A DNA stretch of 62,256 nt, counting the filler, from Dugesia japonica (taxonomy: Eukaryota), in the NCBI GenBank assembly GCA_001938525.1. It is 6 parts of 6 records of this genome, joined end to end, with 100 filler letters (N's around TTAATTAATTAA, not from the genome) between each part and the next. Parts side by side here need not be neighbours in the genome. Positions count along the whole stretch, not along the records: positions 19,586 to 33,401 come from MQRL01645486.1; positions 33,502 to 42,986 come from MQRL01509426.1; 4 more parts are not named here. One strand, given 5' to 3'. The notes under the pieces are model-generated. The model did no database searches, was not told the DNA's origin, and saw only the letters and a list, made by a program, of their open reading frames with translations. Of this stretch, positions 24,391 through 36,900 are shown piece by piece (position 1 is the first letter of the stretch; every line of letters starts with the position of its first letter). The translations under genes and the position numbers were made by a program.

Positions 24391-25330
24391 TTGTACTCGT
24401 ATTCGTTCTTGTGCTGCTGTTAGATTCCGTTCCTATTTCATCTATATAATCTTTCATTAATAATCGCGCTCTTTCTGCTAAATTTCGTTGTGGATTCGTT
24501 TCTGGTTTTAATTTTTCTATCAACACTGACCATCCTCCGATTTTCAAAATAAGTGGTTCAATTCTATCATTTATTATTCCAACGATTGGCAACATGTTTA
24601 TTTTTACTTTTGCACTTGGATTATGATGTACTAGCGCCACTTGTGTCTGTTTACATAGGTATGCCAATGCCGTTGCACTTTTCGACGCGCTTGGACATTC
24701 TCCCAATGTTCTTTCGACTGCATATTCCACTTTATCTCGTTTTCTCAGTCCTGTACATTCGAATGCTGGTAGTTTCTGTATTATAGATTCCAATATTGCT
24801 GCAATTTGTTTACACTCCACCGATATTTCTGTATTTCCAATCCACATTTTTAACTCCGGATATAATATTAGTAATACTTGATGCATCCTTTTTTCCGTTG
24901 ATAGTTNTGATAGTTCACAATTCTCCATGATCTCTTGTGATACTGTTACTAATTGTTCGTTTTGTGTCGGCTTTCGACGTGTTGCTCCTTTTGTCGTAAT
25001 AGATCCTCTTGGTCGTCCACGCGCCTTTTGTTCCATTTCTGTCTCTACATCGACCATTATTCTTTGATATATTTCGTGATCTGTTGTTTCTTCTTGATTA
25101 TCCGTAGTTTCGATTGCATTATCTGTTGTCGTTATTTCCTCTTCGAATTCTACTGGTGGACATATATTTTCTCCTCCAAATTCGTATTCTGATGTAGTTG
25201 GCATCCTTGAGTTTTGCTCGAATTCCATTAACGGTATTCTCTCCTTTATATCTCCAATTGTTTCGTATGCCAGACCGGTTATCTTAGTTTCGTATCCTTT
25301 CGGATCTATTATTTGAAAGCGGTATTGTCG
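24284..25330 (-). CDS. Accessory ORF: Ubl-like half domain, acidic linker, AT-hook, Bcl-2-like domain, then env signal peptide
   Basis: YRFQIIDPKGYETKITGLAYETIGDIKERIP (in frame upstream of ATG 25228); KARGRPRG; INDRIEPLILKIGGWSVLIEKL (BH2-like). Confidence 0.6.
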   Translation of the reverse strand, partial: RQYRFQIIDPKGYETKITGLAYETIGDIKERIPLMEFEQNSRMPTTSEYEFGGENICPPVEFEEEITTTDNAIETTDNQEETTDHEIYQRIMVDVETEMEQKARGRPRGSITTKGATRRKPTQNEQLVTVSQEIMENCELSXLSTEKRMHQVLLILYPELKMWIGNTEISVECKQIAAILESIIQKLPAFECTGLRKRDKVEYAVERTLGECPSASKSATALAYLCKQTQVALVHHNPSAKVKINMLPIVGIINDRIEPLILKIGGWSVLIEKLKPETNPQRNLAERARLLMKDYIDEIGTESNSSTRTNTSTNGIQSMLMVLMIMLLMGRXXXXXXXXXXXXXXXXX

Positions 25331-25396
25331 AGGTTCAATTTCATCAGTTTCTAGATCTCGTCATTTTTTAATGGTTGCTCTGAACTGTGATGGCCT

Positions 25397-26956
25397 TCAC
25401 TCACACTCTTCCTTAAATCGTGATATCTCAAATATCAGTTCTCTTAGTTCGAATATTGATAAATCACTATTCAGAATCTGTTTGGCTAATTCTTGAACTT
25501 GGTCCCTTGGAATATTTGTTTCATTAATTAATGATATAAATTGTTTCACTATTTCTGATGCATAGTCGTTTGTTTTCTTTATATGTCTTATCATTGCTAA
25601 CCTCTCTACTGATCCGTATAACTCCTGATTGGATCGGTATTGACAACTTAATGTTTTTCTTGACAGTAACATTGTCACTTTGCGTTTTGCTTCGACACGT
25701 CTTTTTACTGTTTCCATATTTTGCCATATTAATTTGTCTCGTTCATTTATTCTGGCTACATCAAAAAGTTTGATATTTGCTAATATTATGAGATCTCGAA
25801 GTATATTTTTGGAGTTTCTCTCTTTTGCATGACCAAATGCCTCTGCTATATCCTTTAATTTAACTACTTGATTTCTTAGTTGTGGTGGTTCATTTGATCT
25901 TGGTCTACCTCTCGATCGTCTCGCAGTTTCTTCATTAGAAGTGCCTGGCTCATCTGGATATCTCGGCTTCTATGATTTTGTATTTTTAACTATATTTTTT
26001 ATTTGAACCGGTTGACTTGCATTTTCTATTTAAGCTGGTTGGTTATTGTTTCTTACCTGGGCTTGTTGATTATCGGCTGGAGAATCTAGTTCTTAAAAGA
26101 TTTTCTTATGTGGGACATATCTCTTTTCTTTTTATCTTTTATTTCTTCTACTATATCTTGATCAAAAAGATCTAATATTTTATTCATCGCTTCCTGCTGT
26201 CCTTCGGATAATCTATTTATTATCTTGACTTTTATATGATTATCACCTTCAGTAATAATTCCATATTCCATCAATCTTTTATTTTCAATTAGCTCCTGAT
26301 TATAGAAATATAATTTTATTTCATCATCCTCTTCTAATGTTATCAGCCATTTTGCTCTTATTAGTTTTCGTAATTTTTCGGTTTTTGTAAGCGTATGTGT
26401 GCTTATTATTACAGCTTTTATATTGCAGCTACCTGGTTCCGTAGAAGCTTGTATTATTATAGGTTTCTGCCACTCTACATTTTTATGGCAAATTCACTGT
26501 ATTTCTTTATTAATTCATTCATTATTCTATGAATTTCGTCAAATCCTATCCTGTCTTTCACTTTTACTAGTGGAATTATTAATTTCTTTAATTCATGATA
26601 ATTTATTGGGTATTCGATTATATCTTTAAATATTGTATTAATCTAAGTTCATTTATATTCTCTTTGGCCATTTTATGTCTTAAATTTCCCATTATCGATT
26701 TTTGTTTACTCTCATCTACTTGCTCATCTAAATCTATGTTAACTGATTCATAAGTATTTATTTCATANTCATTGGTCTCTTGTTGCCTCTCTTGCATTCT
26801 CTCACATCTGATTCGTAATTCTTGTAATTCTGCTCTCATATTTTCGTATTCATTATTTTGAGCTACTTTAATAACGTTTACACCTTTTGTCTCAGGTCCA
26901 AATGATAATTCTTTCTTTATTATACTTATGGGATCTCGCTGCTGATTCAGACGCAT
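25397..26956 (-). pseudogene. Decayed accessory ORF(s) between gag and env, incl. AT-hook
   Basis: Co-directional ORF fragments 26618-26956, 26086-26274, 25397-25717; RRSRGRPRS at ~25897-25922. Confidence 0.55.
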
Positions 26957-27998
26957 TCTGGCTAAGTGCCCATATTTGTTACAGTTATAACATTTTATCT
27001 GTTCTCTGTTATTTACTTGATCTCTCCCTTCATTTGAATAATTACTGTTAGTTCTGTCAGTATAGTTCCTCCTTGGACTTTTATTATATCTATAGTTTGA
27101 ATCAGATTCTCTTTTAGGGCTATATCCTCTATTATTAAATCTTGAACTCGAGTTTCTGTAACCTCGAATTATTATTTCAATTTCCCCTTGGACTGGAATT
27201 TCTATTCATGTAACCCTTCTCTGGGTATCCTTAAATTCGGACTTGAATTTTTATTATATTTATTTTTGTTATCATTATAATTATTTTTTCTATTATCTTG
27301 ATGATTTTTATATGCTCGTTTCATATTACCCCATTGCGTAGGTTCTCAATCATCTGACATGTTTGTTTCTATAACATAAATTTGTTTATCCTTAGGTTTA
27401 TGATTATAATTTGACTCAATCCTTCGGGCTTTCGTCATCAACTCTTCAATATTTTTATATTCTACTGTTATCAGAGCAGATTTTATATAGCTATGTATTC
27501 CACTTATGAATCGGTCCTCTATAACGTGTTCAATATCATCGCCTTCTCCCAAGGCCATTTTAGCTAATTTTTTTAAATCGTATAAATATTCACCTACATT
27601 TTTTGTAGCTCCTTGCATCCTATTTCGAAATTTTTGTATACATATCCTTTCTAACTTTGTGGGACTATTATAAGCTTTCTGAGCTCTTTTATTAGTTCAT
27701 TAAAATTCTTGGGTGGATTTATTAAATTTTTATAACTTTGTAATGCAAACCCTTTTAAATACAATGGTACTCTTTTTACCAATTCATCATTTGTCCAATT
27801 GCACGCTATTACACAGATGGACATTTCTTCAAAATATTCGTCAAATTCTTCGGGTTTCCCGGAGTACTTTTTTAATGGTAAATAATTCATTTTATTTCGA
27901 TCACCAAAGCCAAACATAGGCGCTATATTAAAACCGTTTTCTTGTTTATTTACATTGTCGTTACCTTTTTGAGCCATAATTATATCTCTGCTTCTCAA
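26945..27998 (-). pseudogene. Retrotransposon gag (capsid + CCHC)
   Basis: LKKYSGKPEEFDEYF..CNWT..LYLKGFALQSY; QGATKNVGEYLYDLKKLA..DRFISGI; CYNCNKYGHLAR near 26955-26990. Confidence 0.9.
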
Positions 27999-28436
27999 TT
28001 TATATACAATGTTATCGTTTGTATCAATTGTTTATATTATTTGTTATATTCACTTTATTTTTAAATATTCGTATTAATGTGTCTCTTTTATATACTTGTA
28101 AGAATATTAAATACAAAACTGTCAAAAGAATCCTTATATAATTTAAGATCGTTATCTTATTTAAAATATTTAGTCACAGGGTATCACTTTAAATTTTAAA
28201 TTCTTAAATATTTTCACAAATTTAACTATATTGTAAATTTCTTTTCAACTCGTAAATCAAAAATTTTCTAAATTATATTTCAATCAGGTTTCGTTTCAGT
28301 TTAAAATCAAATTTTATTTCAACTTAAAGTCAGTTTTCATTTTATTTCTCAAAAGCAAATTTTATTTTTAAGTTTCAATTTTAGTTTTGAACACTTGTAA
28401 ATTTGAATATATATATTATATTTTACTTGAATTGGC

Positions 28437-28454
28437 TCCTCACTCGGGGCCCCA
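28437..28454 (-). promoter_or_regulatory. Primer binding site, elongator tRNA-Met type
   Basis: TGGGGCCCCGAGTGAGGA after LTR end CTCAACA-AATT; near match to complement of elongator tRNA-Met 3' end (TGGTGCCCCG.GTGAGG). Confidence 0.7.
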
Positions 28455-28458
28455 AATT

Positions 28459-29450
28459 TGTTGAGATTTCTTTAGGATTTCGCAAAGGCAAATCAACAAG
28501 ATCGTGAGTTTAGTTTCATAAGAAATTTGAATATGAAATCCGAATATATTTTATATATGGCTTTCCTAAAAATGATTAATATAAATGTAGCAATATCGTA
28601 TAAATACACGATATAGTATTCCTTATACAAATAAATAAAAAAAGTTTTATTAAAGTTCAACAATAATTTGAAAAGTTTCTCAAGTTAATATTTTTATTCT
28701 NTGGTCTGCAACTTTAGAAGTTTTAGACCTTATAAAAGAATTTAAAATGAGGGTGATAAAAATAAAAATAAGCTCTCTATTTATACTAGAGAGATACGCA
28801 TGCAAATTATCGGAATTTGTAAAAATTCATAAGAATAATACAATAATTTATTAAAAATTATAAATATTTACTAAATTTATCTATTAAAATTTTTATTTTT
28901 ACAAAATTGTTTATGATAAGAAATTGTTATTTAATAATATCCGTTAAATCGAAATTAAAATTAAAACCAAATAGAATAATTAAATTATATTTTACATAAA
29001 GAATTAAGAAAATCAATAATATAATAACCTGCGTATTATTTAATAATATCCGTTAAATCAAAATCAAAACTGATTAAAATTAAAACCGAATAGAATAATT
29101 ACATAAATATCCATTAAATCGAAATTAGAACTGATTTCACTTTTAGAACTGATTAAAACCGAATATAATAATTACATAAAGTGTAAAAATAAAATTGACA
29201 TAAATAATTAATAAAAATTCAAATCATAAATAGTCAAATATAAAAAGTCTGATGTCAGGTTGTGAAAAATAAAAGTCAAAAATAAAGTCTGATTAGTTTA
29301 AATTTTTGATCACTTTGAATTGTCGAATCCATTGTTTGATTTGGGCAGCTACATTGATATTGAACTGAATGTGTTGTTTGTGTATATGTGTATTTATTTA
29401 TAAGCTTATAGATTTGTTGTTAGTATATTGTTAGTATATTATTTATGTGC
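28459..29450 (-). mobile_element. LTR region (outer boundary uncertain) with internal ~70-100 bp degenerate repeats
   Basis: Ends CA before the PBS; ATATCCGTTAAATCGAAATT..AAAACC.AATAGAATAATT repeated at ~28935, 29045, 29107. Confidence 0.5.
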
Positions 29451-29454
29451 TAAT

Positions 29455-32180
29455 TTTCCTCAACATTTATATTGGAAATCATTCTTTTTTATTTTGTGTG
29501 GTTCTACACGAACTACCATCTACTCCCCAACTTGGAAAATTTTCTGTCTACGCTTTTCATTTTCAAAAATTGCCATTTTATTAGCTGCTCCATTTAAATT
29601 TTGTCTAACTTTCTCTAAGTTAACTGTTTTGTTTTAAAAAATGGTTTTCGTCTTTGCATGCAAATTTATACGCATTCCAAAAATAATCTCTAATGATGAC
29701 AATTTTGTCGACTCTTGAATAGTAGTGTTTATACTGAACTCACATCTTGGAGGTAATGCATCCCAGTTTTTCTCATTACAATTTTCTTTTAGTGAAGNNN
29801 NNNNNATATCTCTTATCGTACGAATCATTCTTTCTACCAGCCCATTCGATTGGTATTGTTACGGAGAGCTGAACTCTTGTTTAATATTAAACTTCGCTAA
29901 CTTATCTGACATGTATTTACTCTCAAACACTCTTCCTCTGTCGGTTGATATGCTTTTCAGTTTGCCAAAACGATATATCCATTTGTTCAAAATTATTCCG
30001 ATAATTGTTTCTTCATTTATCTTTGATACCGCTGATATATTTACCAGTTTGCTAAACCAATCTATAATCACCACCATATACTTTTGTCTGATGCCACTGT
30101 TTCCATATGTGCAATATCTACCACAATTTGTTCCAAAATATCTTGACACTTTCTAAGTAATATAAAATATTTTATTCTTCCTTGATCAATTCTCCTTTTT
30201 GCACAAATCAGATATTTATTCAAGTTATTTTTAATAGTCTCTATTAGGTATTTTTAAAAAAGTAAATTTTTAATTGTTTTTAAATGTAAAATTGCAAATT
30301 ATGAAATTGAAATTTTAAATATTAATTTAGAAATTAGTAGTCTAAATNNNNNNNNNTTATTAAATGAATTTTAGATATAAATACGTAATGTAAAACTTTT
30401 TATTCAAATTTATAATTGGAATTTTTTTTAATTTAGATATAAAATTTAATTGAAAATTTGGAAAATTATTAATAAATTTGAATTNNNNNNNNNNNNNNNN
30501 NNNNNNNNNTTTATTTTTAAATAAATTTGTATTTTATATAATTTAAATAATTTAATAAAATGTTTTAAAATAATTTGTTTAAATTCATTATTATTTTGAA
30601 AACATAATTGGGAAAGGCAAGTGTTGGATGAAGCATTCAAAAAGCAAGAAGAATTTCAAAGAAGAATTATATGTATTTTAAATAAAGTATTGAATCAAAA
30701 GTCTTGTTTTGGTCGATTTAAATGAAGAAAACAAATAAAGCTAACAGTCTCCATCATTGCAGGCCAGTAATAATTATTCTCTAAATATGAAAATATCTTC
30801 TTTTTTCTTAAATGACATAATTCTTCATGAATATATCTGATCATTTCGTTGGTTATACTCGTTGACACTATTATCAAATTTTATTTTCTCTTTCTACGAC
30901 TAACAATTCATCATCAATTTTCAATTCGCAATTAAGTTTATCCAAATAGTTTCTCTGAATGATCTTTTCTGCTAGTCGTACTTTGTTTTGCATTATTACA
31001 ATTATTCTTTGTATTATGGATCATCTTTCCTTGCTTTCCTAATTTTTTCTACGATGTTTTCATTCTGTTGTATGCTGTTATTATATTTTACTCTTGATTT
31101 TTCTTTCTTGGCATCCAAATGTACAGTTTGGCATTGTGAGCATAAACTCTGATTTAACTGCGATAATTCATCAGCATTGTTGTGTTCTCGCTCTTTGCGA
31201 TATTTTAACTTAAAATCATATTCTCCCAGATTTGCAATCCACGTCTTATCGTTTTTTTGTGTTATTCATAAATATTAATGCTTTGTAATCTGTTCTTGCT
31301 AAGAATTTCTTTCCATATAGATATTGTTTGAAATGTACAACATATTCATGTAATGCGAGCAATTTGTTTCTTGTAACACAGAAGCCCTTTTCATGAGCAG
31401 TAAGGTGTCTGAATCCATATGCTATCACCAATTCTTCTCTATTTTCTGTTCTTTGTATTAATATTACACCGATAGCTCCGAAACTTGCATCAGTATCTAA
31501 GATAAACATTCTATTTTCTCTTGGATAATCTAGAATTGATACATTACATAATTTGTCTTTTAAGTTTTCAAACTTTTTTCTGCATGCTTCTGCTTACATC
31601 AAAGTTTTGTCACATCCTGAAATAGCTTGATATAAAAGTGTTGCAATTCTTGGCATAATCCTTGATAAAACGCCTGAAGTAATTCGTTAAACCAAGAAAA
31701 TACCTGAGTTTAGATGAACATTTTGGTTCTTGAGCAATTTTTATCACCCCAATCTTAGTTTTGTTTGTTTTTATTCCTTTTAGGCTTATTGTGTGTCCCA
31801 AAAAGACCAGTTTTTTTGGTGAAATTTACATTTTTCTGGATTTATCCTCAAACCCGATTCTGTTAAAAACTTTCAAAATTTCATTATGATCTACGACTGT
31901 TCTTCCATACACTAATATATTATCTAGATATACGATGACACCTTTAAAAATCAACCCTGTTAACATATAATGCATCAAATTTTGAAATGTTGCCGGTGCC
32001 GTTGATAATCCGAATGGAATCTGATTGAACTTAAACTGACCCTTTTTTGTACTAAACGCTGTTACATCTCTCGAGCTTACTGATAATTTTACATGGTAGT
32101 AAGCTTGTCCTAGATCAATTGAAGAAAATATTTTTGCACCTGCTAAGCAATCCAATAATAACCGGATGCCTGGCATCATA
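29455..32180 (-). pseudogene. Gypsy pol (RT-RNaseH-integrase), interrupted at ~30245-30720
   Basis: SSIDLGQAYYH, IPFGLSTAPATFQ, VYLDNIL; FILDTDASFGAIG..ARTDYKAL; HEELCH..YYWP; IIDWFSK..ISTDRGRVFES. Confidence 0.9.
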
Positions 32181-32657
32181 AATGAAACTTTTTATTTATT
32201 ATTATAATTATCATTATTATAATTATATATAAGTAGATTTATTAGGATTTATCAGATTTTTATCGTAATTTAAGATTTAAAAAAAATTATTTTTAACCAT
32301 TAAGAAAGGATTAAAATTATTAAAAATACGGGAAATTACTGAATATTAAATAGAATCAAAGTCTACTCAAATTAATTCAAGATATTGATTCGGGAGATTT
32401 GTTCAACTCAAGAATACTACATGACGAAATATTTCCAGATGTGTTGGTGGAGTTTTAATGTAAGAATTAAATGATAATAATGTAGTAAGTTATAATATGT
32501 TTACTAAGCATTTATAATAATAATATTATATATTTAAATAATTGATTAAATTGATGTTGATAATATTGTGTAATTGTGAAAATTGTTTGTATTTTCTATG
32601 ATTTGTTGAGATATAAATTTATAGCAAATGAAATATTTGAGTTATATGTGGAAATTT

Positions 32658-33075
32658 ATGAAGGAAAATAAATTTCAATTAATAGATGAAGTTAATAATT
32701 ATTTGATTTGTAATAAATATTTGGTGAAGGCTTATAATGCTTTTTGCGGTTACAAATATTGCTAAAAAATTGCATAGAAAATAATTTAGATGGTCANGAT
32801 AAGTTTTCAAAAAAAATTAATTTTGTCAAAGGAAAACACATGATTTTGAGAAAGATGTTGTTATTTAGAATTAGCATTGAAAATTCAGAAATTGTTGAAA
32901 AATGTCGAAATAAATATTTTGAATTCACAGATGAGTTGGGTTTGATAGAAAACCATATGGGAATATGCGATAAGAACCCAACAAGTTGTCCATATTTCGA
33001 AATAAGATGTAAGAATAATGAGGTGTTTAATGGTAAAACGAAAAATCATCTTTGTACATGGATTTAATGTCACAC
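32658..33075 (+). pseudogene. RING + TRAF-type zinc finger gene (TRAF-like) pseudogene
   Basis: YLICNKYLVKAYNAFCGYKYC*/KNCI (decayed RING); VEKCRN...LGLIENHMGICDKNPTSCPYFEIRC...KNH (TRAF zinc finger); stop and frameshift. Confidence 0.7.
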
Positions 33076-33101
33076 TAAACTATTATTAGATTTTATCAAT
33101 A

Positions 33102-33401
33102 TGTTGGGGCTTTACCCTAGGTGGGTTGATTAAATCTAGGGGGTCGAAACTTTATAGGAAATTAAGTCTACGGTAATTGACCTGGTAAAACCCCGCGATG
33201 AATTTTAATCTGGTGTCCTTCAAAATTTCCAGATCTTCGGAATAGAGCCGTTGACTCGGAATCCGAGTACAGACTCGCATTCCTTTGGTTTGGGTTCGTA
33301 TTTCATGACACTCGCTTGATTTTTAACTCATACTTATCAATTGTTGATTTATTCGATTTCAGCTTATAACTGGTTTTATTGTATTTTTAATTTATCAGTC
33401 C
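33102..33401 (-). mobile_element. LTR terminus, same family as 10223 and 37650
   Basis: TGTTGGGGCTTTACCCT..AAATCTAGGGGGTCGA..TTTATAGGAAATTAAGTCTACGGTAATTGACCTG. Confidence 0.7.
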
Positions 33402-33501
33402 NNNNNNNNNNNNNNNNNNNNNNNNNNNNNNNNNNNNNNNNNNNNTTAATTAATTAANNNNNNNNNNNNNNNNNNNNNNNNNNNNNNNNNNNNNNNNNNN
33501 N
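33402..33501. other. Artificial contig spacer
   Basis: N-TTAATTAATTAA-N. Confidence 0.95.
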
Positions 33502-33937
33502 TATATTATTTAAACAACATGTCCGAATTTCTATAAAAAACTCCCATAAAAAATATTTTCCCATTCAAAAACCTTAAAAAAATTCTACTGCTTAAACAGC
33601 CTTTAAAAAATTCTACTGCTTAAAAAACCTGAAAAATTTTCCCAACTAAATACATTAGAAATATTTAAAAACAGTTAATCCTATTACATAAAATTTCACC
33701 GATGAAATTAATCTCATGACATAATTTTTTTTTAAATTTTTTATTTACATTAGAAAAATTTAAAAACAGTTATGTAACAATTCTTGCGACAAGATTAATT
33801 ACATTATGTAACGCACACAAATGTGTGCTGCCGCCTATTTACATTAGAAAAATTTAAAAACAGTTATGTAATAATCCGATTACGTCGGGGGGGGGCTCTG
33901 CATGTGTGCTGTTCTTTACAACTACTATCTATCTACT
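33502..33937 (+). mobile_element. Polinton terminal inverted repeat, second copy
   Basis: Similar to 1057-1376; ends CTACTATCTATCTACT at 33937. Confidence 0.75.
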
Positions 33938-36900
33938 CAGTGACACTACATGATGCGCTGGCTGCATTGCAAATTGTAGCAGATAGGCCATCCGAACGAA
34001 TATTCAAAGTAGAAGGACAGATAGAGGAAACTATACCACGGATATCAGATTTCATACCCAATACACAATCAATGATGAAAACTCTGACCCCAGAGCAGGA
34101 ACGAAATAAACGGAATGATAGATCTGATTAGCCCAGAGGAAATAGTAGAGGATTTAATGCACCACGGAATAATTGGCAAAATAATCGAGACATCCAATGT
34201 AATACCTGCGAAAGAAGGGGACACATAGCTCGCGACTGTAGAAGTAGAGATAATAATAGCAATAATACAACAATCGATTTTGTCCCTATTGCAAGAAGAC
34301 CAACCACAATATAGAGACGTATTTTTTGAAAAATCTGACGGTCTGTTATAAGTGTAACAGAAGAGTAGATATAGCAAAAGAATGTCCAAACGGAAATCAG
34401 CCAAGTTACAATAGAAACCCAAATGCAAATTTGTATAATCTAATGCAAGAGAATGAGAGATTGAGACAATGAGTAAATCAAAACAAGAGACAAGTCAATA
34501 TAGTTCATCAAAGTACTTTCGACAATGTGTACCACAAGGTGCAACAGGAAAATGACTGGCTCAAGTGGCAAAACCAAGATTTGCAAGTACAGCAGGAGAG
34601 ACTAGCCAAAAGGAACTTATTAAATGAACCCCACAAGAATCAGTGTAATATGATCAGGACACACAGGCAAATTTATAACCAACATGATAAAACAACGGAA
34701 ATTACTGGAATGGAAGATACTCGAAAATGAATAGAGACTACGTCACCAGAATTTGAGTGGACTGAAAAGATCATCTATAAAACAATAAAAAAAAATCAGT
34801 AAAAAATCAGTAATGAACCAGTTACTTCGCTTTTACCAGCACCCACAAGCACATGCAAAAGTAAAAGCTAACTGACAGAAAACAATATCAAACTATATTG
34901 CCGAATTATACCAAGAAACTCAGCTAGAGGATTATGAGTTCGAAATTCAGTATGTATGGCATGGCAAAATAGACGTCATCCCAAAACGGCTAAAGTTACC
35001 ACTTAAAGGAATGACAGTACGACATTTGAAAGAAGCCATCAACGAGATAAAATGGAGTGAAGTAGATGGTATCAAGGGTATGACGGTAAACTCGTTTCTC
35101 GAATCACCACCATTTGACGTTCAGCAACGATGGAATGGAAAGTGGAATGAGCACAAATTGCAATTAGATAATGTAGGAATCAATATCCTGCCAGATAATC
35201 AGAATCTAATATATTACGGAGCACGACCTCATGAAACTACCATAATTAAATTTATAAATTGGGATTCGGTATTCCGATCACAGACAGTAACTCGGGAAAT
35301 AGAAACAGATGAGCTATATCATAATCTCGAAGAAACATTCTTAAAGGAAATCGTTCCCCTCCAGTCTCAAACCTACATGCGGAAAAGATTGGGGACAGTA
35401 AGGCTAATGGACTATCCTGAATTGGAACGAAATGAAGCGTCATGACTATCCCAAGCCCGAATCGATGAAATACTGATAGCCGCTCAGAAACTCCATGCTA
35501 CGATAAAGCAAGAAGTATACTTAAAATTGACAAATCAATTGGTCGAATTATTGAAGTTTTACAACTGATCACCGAATGCGAAAGCGATTGGACAGAATGG
35601 TTACCAGTGCATTACGAGTAGGTAATATCCAACCTGGGATTATCAGATTACCAAGTATGGTTATATAACCCTGAAGGAAATATGAAGCTGACGCTCACGG
35701 GATCGATGGTAGAAGATCTAGAAACTGCATTTAATCAAGCAGGTTCTCCAAGTATAACCGATAAATATGTATGTACTCCAAGTGCTATAATAGACTTCAA
35801 CGCCAGAAAAAGACATCTATACGATTTTGGAGTAAACCTTGGAGAGGACATTGAAATTGTAGTATTAGACAAACATTCGGGTATCGACTACGACATCTGG
35901 ATAACGAAAACCGGAAGATCAGCGTTAGAAATCATGGGGGAAATGGAGTATTTATATAAACAGAATGTGGAACCCATTAAAATAAAGATACTTTCCACGG
36001 TCTTCGGGTAGAAAGATGAACTGACAACGGAAGAAAGGAAACAGCTACTAATGACGCGTAACGATTTCCTTAGATAACGATTAGAGAGAAGAGAGGGTAA
36101 ATGCAACATGATAAGAATGCAACAGATGCCATCGAGAGAGGTAATAGCAATGTGTATGGTGGAATAAATGGTTAACCGGGTACAGATGGAGAAGGAGAAC
36201 TTACCTCGAGAAACCTATTAGATGATAATGAATAGAATCTATGACATATATGATGGGCTGGAAATACCGGAGGAAATTGAGAACCAATGGTTCGTGATTA
36301 GACAGAAGTATGCCGAAGAGATACTGACAACTACTAAAATTCGGGACTATCAATTAAATTTGAATATAGGTATAAATGAACAAGAACTGACTAAATACAG
36401 CCGATTAAAACCACAAGGTATAACCATGATGGATCTAATGGATGCTGTTACCGACAAGTGGCGTTAACAGGGACTAAATATGGTACCTCTGTTCATAAAT
36501 GACAAATTAGTCGAGACAAAAGACGAGGATAAACACATATTCCAATGCCATGCAAAGCCCGGAGAAATATGCGAGTTAGATGTAGAGGAGGGATCACCAA
36601 CCAACCAGACACCCGGTCTCGAAGAACGAATGGAAGAGATAACAGAATTATATGTGACTGAGGTATTGTCTGGCATAAAGGAACAAGTAAAAGAAAATCA
36701 AAAAATACAGAATATCGATAATCTGCCCATAATTACCACAAAATCAGTGGAATTTCCAGAAGGGACACCAACAATACGCGATATTCGAATGAACTATATG
36801 AAACCGATAACGGAGGAATCTGCCACATTTCATGCTATCAACAATCTCTTACGAGTAACCCGAGAAACTCAACAAGTAGTAAACATCAAGGTATATTGGA

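Larger units (their letters stand above)
19586..28460 (-). mobile_element. Large env-bearing Ty3/Gypsy-like element (decayed; runs off contig within RT)
   Basis: Collinear minus-strand PBS, gag, accessory ORFs, env, two proteases and RT within one contig. Confidence 0.85.

Noticed and set aside
30600-30675. Exon-like NWERQVLDEAFKKQEEFQRR inside the integrase interruption
   Set aside because: Too short to assign
1057-33937. The two Polinton TIR copies as ends of one 33-kb element
   Set aside because: Same orientation (not inverted) and on different contigs
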